Assembly: GCA_048938105.1 (NCBI GenBank)
Contig: JBHLMN010000007.1
Span: 205,383 to 269,382, forward strand
Length of the DNA stretch: 64,000 bases
Reading direction: 5' to 3'
Origin: Promethearchaeota archaeon
GTDB taxonomy: Archaea; Asgardarchaeota; Heimdallarchaeia; Hodarchaeales; Hodarchaeaceae
Shown here: in pieces, positions 60,550 to 64,000 of the stretch
How positions within the stretch are numbered: position 1 is the first letter of the stretch
Layout: each line of letters starts with the position of its first letter
Made by a program: the position numbers and the translations under genes
The notes under the pieces: generated by a model
Told to the model about the DNA's origin: nothing
Database searches by the model: none
Seen by the model: only the letters and a program-made list of their open reading frames with translations

Positions 60550-61536
60550 TTATTTTCTTTTAATCGTGATTTCTACGACATCAGTGTCCACTAATACATG
60601 TTCTATTCCCACTCGTTGACCTGGAAAATCAACAGAGTCTCCCCACACTCTTGCATAACGGAATAATTTCGCAAAATCTTTATGGATTTTTTCAGCCAAA
60701 TCACCTACTGTAGTTCGTATAGGACAAATAAAAGGCTGACTATAGTCAGGTTCGCGCCTTGGAGGTTTTGTATAAATTCTCATGACTTCTAGAACATTGA
60801 ATAGGTATTCTTTTAACTTTTCGAGAGATTTCTCGTTTTTAATACTAATAGGGTGTATGGGTAAAGAGGTTTTTTCTTTTAATAGGGTAAAATTTCTTTT
60901 TGATCCATTTAAATCGCCCTTTGTAGCAATAATAGCTAGTCTATACTGAGATTCTTCGGTTTCCAAAAGGCCAATGTTATTTAGCTGTTCCATAAGGAAA
61001 GAATACTGCTGATCTATGTCTAGAGACAAGTCAATTACCAAAAGTATTGCATCACATGTCCTAGCCACTCTTAAAATTTGTCTACTAATTACCCAGTCCT
61101 CTTTAAAGTCTAAAAAGCCTGGAACATCAATAATTTGTATTTTAATATTATTATATTCACATGTACCTGCAAGTGCAGTTTTAGTAGTATGAAGGAATTC
61201 ACTTGTCTTAACATCTGTGTTAGTGATGGCATTCATGAGAGTACTTTTTCCAACATTTGAAAGACCAAATAAAACTACTCTTCCATCACCAGATCGAGGG
61301 ATTAGAAATGGATCATATTGATGTCCTTTCTGTTTAGGTTTGAATTGGGTTTCTGCTTTGAGAGCTTCTAATTGTCGAATTAATTGTTGAAACATACCAA
61401 CTTTATTGAGTTTTTTTTCTTGAATATCTGCAACAATATCCTCTAATTCACTGATTAATTCTTCTCCTTCTAAAATTCGAATTCTTCGTGCAATATTAAA
61501 TCGATACCACTTCAATTTTCTTCTATAATCAGTCAT
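60550..61536 (-). CDS. OBG/DRG-family GTPase with a C-terminal TGS domain
   Basis: G1 GLSNVGKST, G3 DVPG, G4 TKGD, TGS RIYTKPP...IHKDF...YARVWG.SV.FPGQRVG..H.L.D.DVVEI. Confidence 0.9.
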   Translation of the reverse strand: MTDYRRKLKWYRFNIARRIRILEGEELISELEDIVADIQEKKLNKVGMFQQLIRQLEALKAETQFKPKQKGHQYDPFLIPRSGDGRVVLFGLSNVGKSTLMNAITNTDVKTSEFLHTTKTALAGTCEYNNIKIQIIDVPGFLDFKEDWVISRQILRVARTCDAILLVIDLSLDIDQQYSFLMEQLNNIGLLETEESQYRLAIIATKGDLNGSKRNFTLLKEKTSLPIHPISIKNEKSLEKLKEYLFNVLEVMRIYTKPPRREPDYSQPFICPIRTTVGDLAEKIHKDFAKLFRYARVWGDSVDFPGQRVGIEHVLVDTDVVEITIKRK

Positions 61537-62194
61537 TCTTCTCGACTCACTTTCAGGGGTTTTAATTTTAAATACAATTCATTTTTCCTCATTTTAAAGA
61601 GAGGTGTAACAACTAGAGTTCCCATTACCTTTAACACTAGAATTTACGTTTGTTTTCAAGAGGAATCACAGAAAAGTGAGCAGTTTCCTTCTTTAAAGAA
61701 GGAATTAGAGGAGTTTATAACAATATTAGAAAAGATCAAATAATGGATACTGCCCACTCTAATGGTTACTATTTCGATATGCTGCACAAAAGCGAAGAGC
61801 ACTATTGAACTCGTTTGGAACCATAAAAGATATTACTTCTGTTTTTCATGAGACGCAGGAAAGTCTTTAGGTAATTAAGAGCACTAGAGGCTATTCACTA
61901 TCACATCATGACAGTAGCGTATAGTTTAAACCAATTTAGAGCGCGAGTTCCCCTCGCACCGTCTTATATTAGAAGAGTGGATAGTAACATTGTTATCAAC
62001 TCTATCTGATATTAAGTCTTTATAAAACTTAACACTAAGGTAATTCAAGACAATCGAAAAAAATATCCTAAATTACTTATACTCAACTGATATTGCAAAT
62101 TACAACTTCCCCCTCATTCAATGGATCCTCCACAGAATAATCAAGAGTTTATTTCTAAAGCAAGAACACTTAAAACGTAAAAGGTGATGGAATA

Positions 62195-63073
62195 TTGGAG
62201 ATTAATTCAGAATTAGTAGGAACCCACCTGAAAAAACATTCATGTCAAATAAACTGGCGTGAAGTTATGAATTATGCCGCAGCAGTTGATGATAATAATG
62301 AGTACTTTTTTAATGATGAACAGAAAGATGGAATTCTCGCTCCGCCAATGTTTGCTGTAGCAACTACCTGGCCTATCATCGAAAACCTTTCAGAGTATTT
62401 AATCGTTGATGATTTTCCCTTAGAAGTATTAATGACAACTGTTCATTACTCTGAACACTTAAAGATCCATCGTCTTATGAAGCCTGGGGATGAAATAATA
62501 ATTAAGGGAGAGATTGCTGCTATGGTGCCACATCGAGCTGGTACGCATGTTATTCTTCGTTTAGAAGCAGTGGATAATAAGAATGAACCAATATATACGC
62601 AATATCATGGTGGATTGTTACGAGGAGTTGATTGTATTGGCGGGGAGAAAGGAATAGAAAATATTCCTAAAATACCTTCATATAAACAGATATCTAAACC
62701 GTTATGGAAAAAAAAGATTACCATTGACAGTTTAAGGTCTTATATTTACGATGCTTGTTCAGGGATCACTTTTCCTATTCACACTTCAAGAGAATTCGCT
62801 CATCAAGTAGGTCTTCCAGGAATAATCATGCAGGGTACCGCAACCCTTGCTTATGCAGCGAAAGAGATAACAAATAGAGAAGCTGGAAAAAATCCTTGGA
62901 AAGTGAAAGAGATTGCTTGTAGATTTACTAGTCTGATACTACCTGGAACTGAAATTCAAGTTGTTTTGGACAATAAAATAAGGAATAAATCCGAGACAGA
63001 TCTTTTCTTTACGGTTCTCAATGAGGATGAAAAGAGAGCTATCAGTGGTGGGTACATTAAATTAAAAGACTAA
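62195..63073 (+). CDS. Double hot-dog MaoC-like dehydratase ((R)-enoyl-CoA hydratase 2-like)
   Basis: APPMFA, VHYSEH, SG..FPIH...FA..VGLPGIIMQG. Confidence 0.88.
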   Translation: MEINSELVGTHLKKHSCQINWREVMNYAAAVDDNNEYFFNDEQKDGILAPPMFAVATTWPIIENLSEYLIVDDFPLEVLMTTVHYSEHLKIHRLMKPGDEIIIKGEIAAMVPHRAGTHVILRLEAVDNKNEPIYTQYHGGLLRGVDCIGGEKGIENIPKIPSYKQISKPLWKKKITIDSLRSYIYDACSGITFPIHTSREFAHQVGLPGIIMQGTATLAYAAKEITNREAGKNPWKVKEIACRFTSLILPGTEIQVVLDNKIRNKSETDLFFTVLNEDEKRAISGGYIKLKD

Positions 63074-63229
63074 ATCATTATTAGTATTATTTCGAATAAA
63101 AAATTACTTTGAAGTTGATATTCATAAACTCAAAGGTAATTTGTCTTTCAGTAATGTGGTACGGGGATTCCCAATCAAGAACTAAGATTGACTTCTATCA
63201 TCAATCTTTATGGGTTAATGTAAAACAGT

Positions 63230-63433
63230 TTATCGTCTCTGATAATAAATCATCACAATCCACCCTAATTGTAAAAAGACTCCTGTTATGAGAGAACTCC
63301 ATCCAGAGAAGATCAATAATTCAGTATCAATTAATTCTCCAAGTAGAATAATCAATATCCCCCCAATAATAACAAAAATAGGGGGATTTCGAGCAATTAA
63401 GTAATAAATGATATCTATATCTGTTTCTGACAT
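63230..63433 (-). CDS. Small 2-TM membrane protein
   Basis: GTGAGG RBS; two hydrophobic helices. Confidence 0.6.
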   Translation of the reverse strand: MSETDIDIIYYLIARNPPIFVIIGGILIILLGELIDTELLIFSGWSSLITGVFLQLGWIVMIYYQRR

Positions 63434-63458
63434 TTAATTTTCCTCACATATCTTTAAT

Positions 63459-63866
63459 TCAAATATTCGTTATATTTTTCAGACGGGCAGGTATGTTTTT
63501 CCAAATATCCTTATTTTCTCTAACTAGGAATTCAATGGCATCAGAAAAAGTATAAGCAGGTTGATTACTTTCTATTTTCAAACGATTCAGCATTTTGTGA
63601 GCATCAGGCCTTAATAAGATTGTTTTAGGTTTTTCATGGAATATCCGAGAATTTCCTTCGTCTTCAGGAGTTTTTGATTTTATCCGATGCCTTTCCTCAT
63701 CAAAAGTCATTAAAGCTTTTTCAAGGCTTTTTGACCGATTTTTTATCTTTTTGTCCATTAAGATGATAACGTCACTGTAAGACTTTGCTTCAAGCTCAAA
63801 TTTTGCCCATCGGAGAAGTTCCCACGCACGATTAGAAATTTTGATGTTTTGAGCATTCTGTGGCAA
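63459..63866 (-). CDS. Tandem ribbon-helix-helix (VapB/antitoxin-like) DNA-binding protein
   Basis: NIKISNRAWELL...SYSDVI and KTILLRPDAHKML...TFSDAI repeats; GAGGT RBS. Confidence 0.65.
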   Translation of the reverse strand: MPQNAQNIKISNRAWELLRWAKFELEAKSYSDVIILMDKKIKNRSKSLEKALMTFDEERHRIKSKTPEDEGNSRIFHEKPKTILLRPDAHKMLNRLKIESNQPAYTFSDAIEFLVRENKDIWKNIPARLKNITNI

Positions 63867-64000
63867 AATTTTAACCTCAAGAGTTTAGTTTTACTTTTTC
63901 AAAAATTAATAGAACATACACCTTTATATAGGTTTCGGGTGTTACGGGTATTTCGTAAGCTTTAAATAGTGCATGTGGTACGTATATTACATGAGTTTCT

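Noticed and set aside
329-63291. Short ORFs in the track that overlap longer genes (e.g. 329-628, 1354-1602, 7146-7445, 12312-12638, 24692-25054, 47175-47534, 52883-53392) and weak intergenic ones (53442-53630, 63109-63291)
   Set aside because: Antisense or alternate-frame shadows of well-supported genes, or low-complexity sequence with no motifs or RBS
1-64000. Genome-wide reassignment of TGA to an amino acid
   Set aside because: Many full-length genes end in TGA, including ATGA/GTGA stop-start overlaps (4884, 38327, 39834)
1-64000. CRISPR arrays, rRNA, intact tRNA, IS elements
   Set aside because: No regularly spaced repeats, long GC-rich RNA-like tracts, canonical GTTCRA T-loop cloverleafs or transposase ORFs seen

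Overview
AT-rich archaeal chromosomal window, most likely from an Asgard archaeon (Heimdallarchaeia/Hodarchaeales-like). This is an inference from a stand-alone gelsolin-domain gene, a long TPR protein, GGTGA-type ribosome-binding sites with frequent TTG/GTG starts, TATA promoters, and secreted proteins with Thr-rich linker + TM + basic C-terminal anchors. It holds about 60 mostly accessory genes: two S8 proteases, an S9 peptidase, an amidohydrolase, a four-subunit 2-oxoacid:ferredoxin oxidoreductase operon, a sulfatase with its radical-SAM maturase, three ABC exporters, methyltransferases, regulators, a DRG-like GTPase and a TIGR03916-type radical SAM DNA-repair gene. I saw no rRNA, tRNA, CRISPR array or transposase. 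Most notable: (1) an orphan T6SS-Hcp tube protein that carries a signal peptide/membrane anchor and sits beside a surface-anchored protein; (2) three genes interrupted by a single in-frame TGA, one of them an unannotated tail-anchored zinc-finger ORF with TGA at the first Cys position of a CxxC motif; (3) two paralogous 1+7-TM proteins flanking an Lrp regulator; (4) twin palindromic operators straddling a TATA box. All family assignments come from motif recognition by eye, not from database searches.
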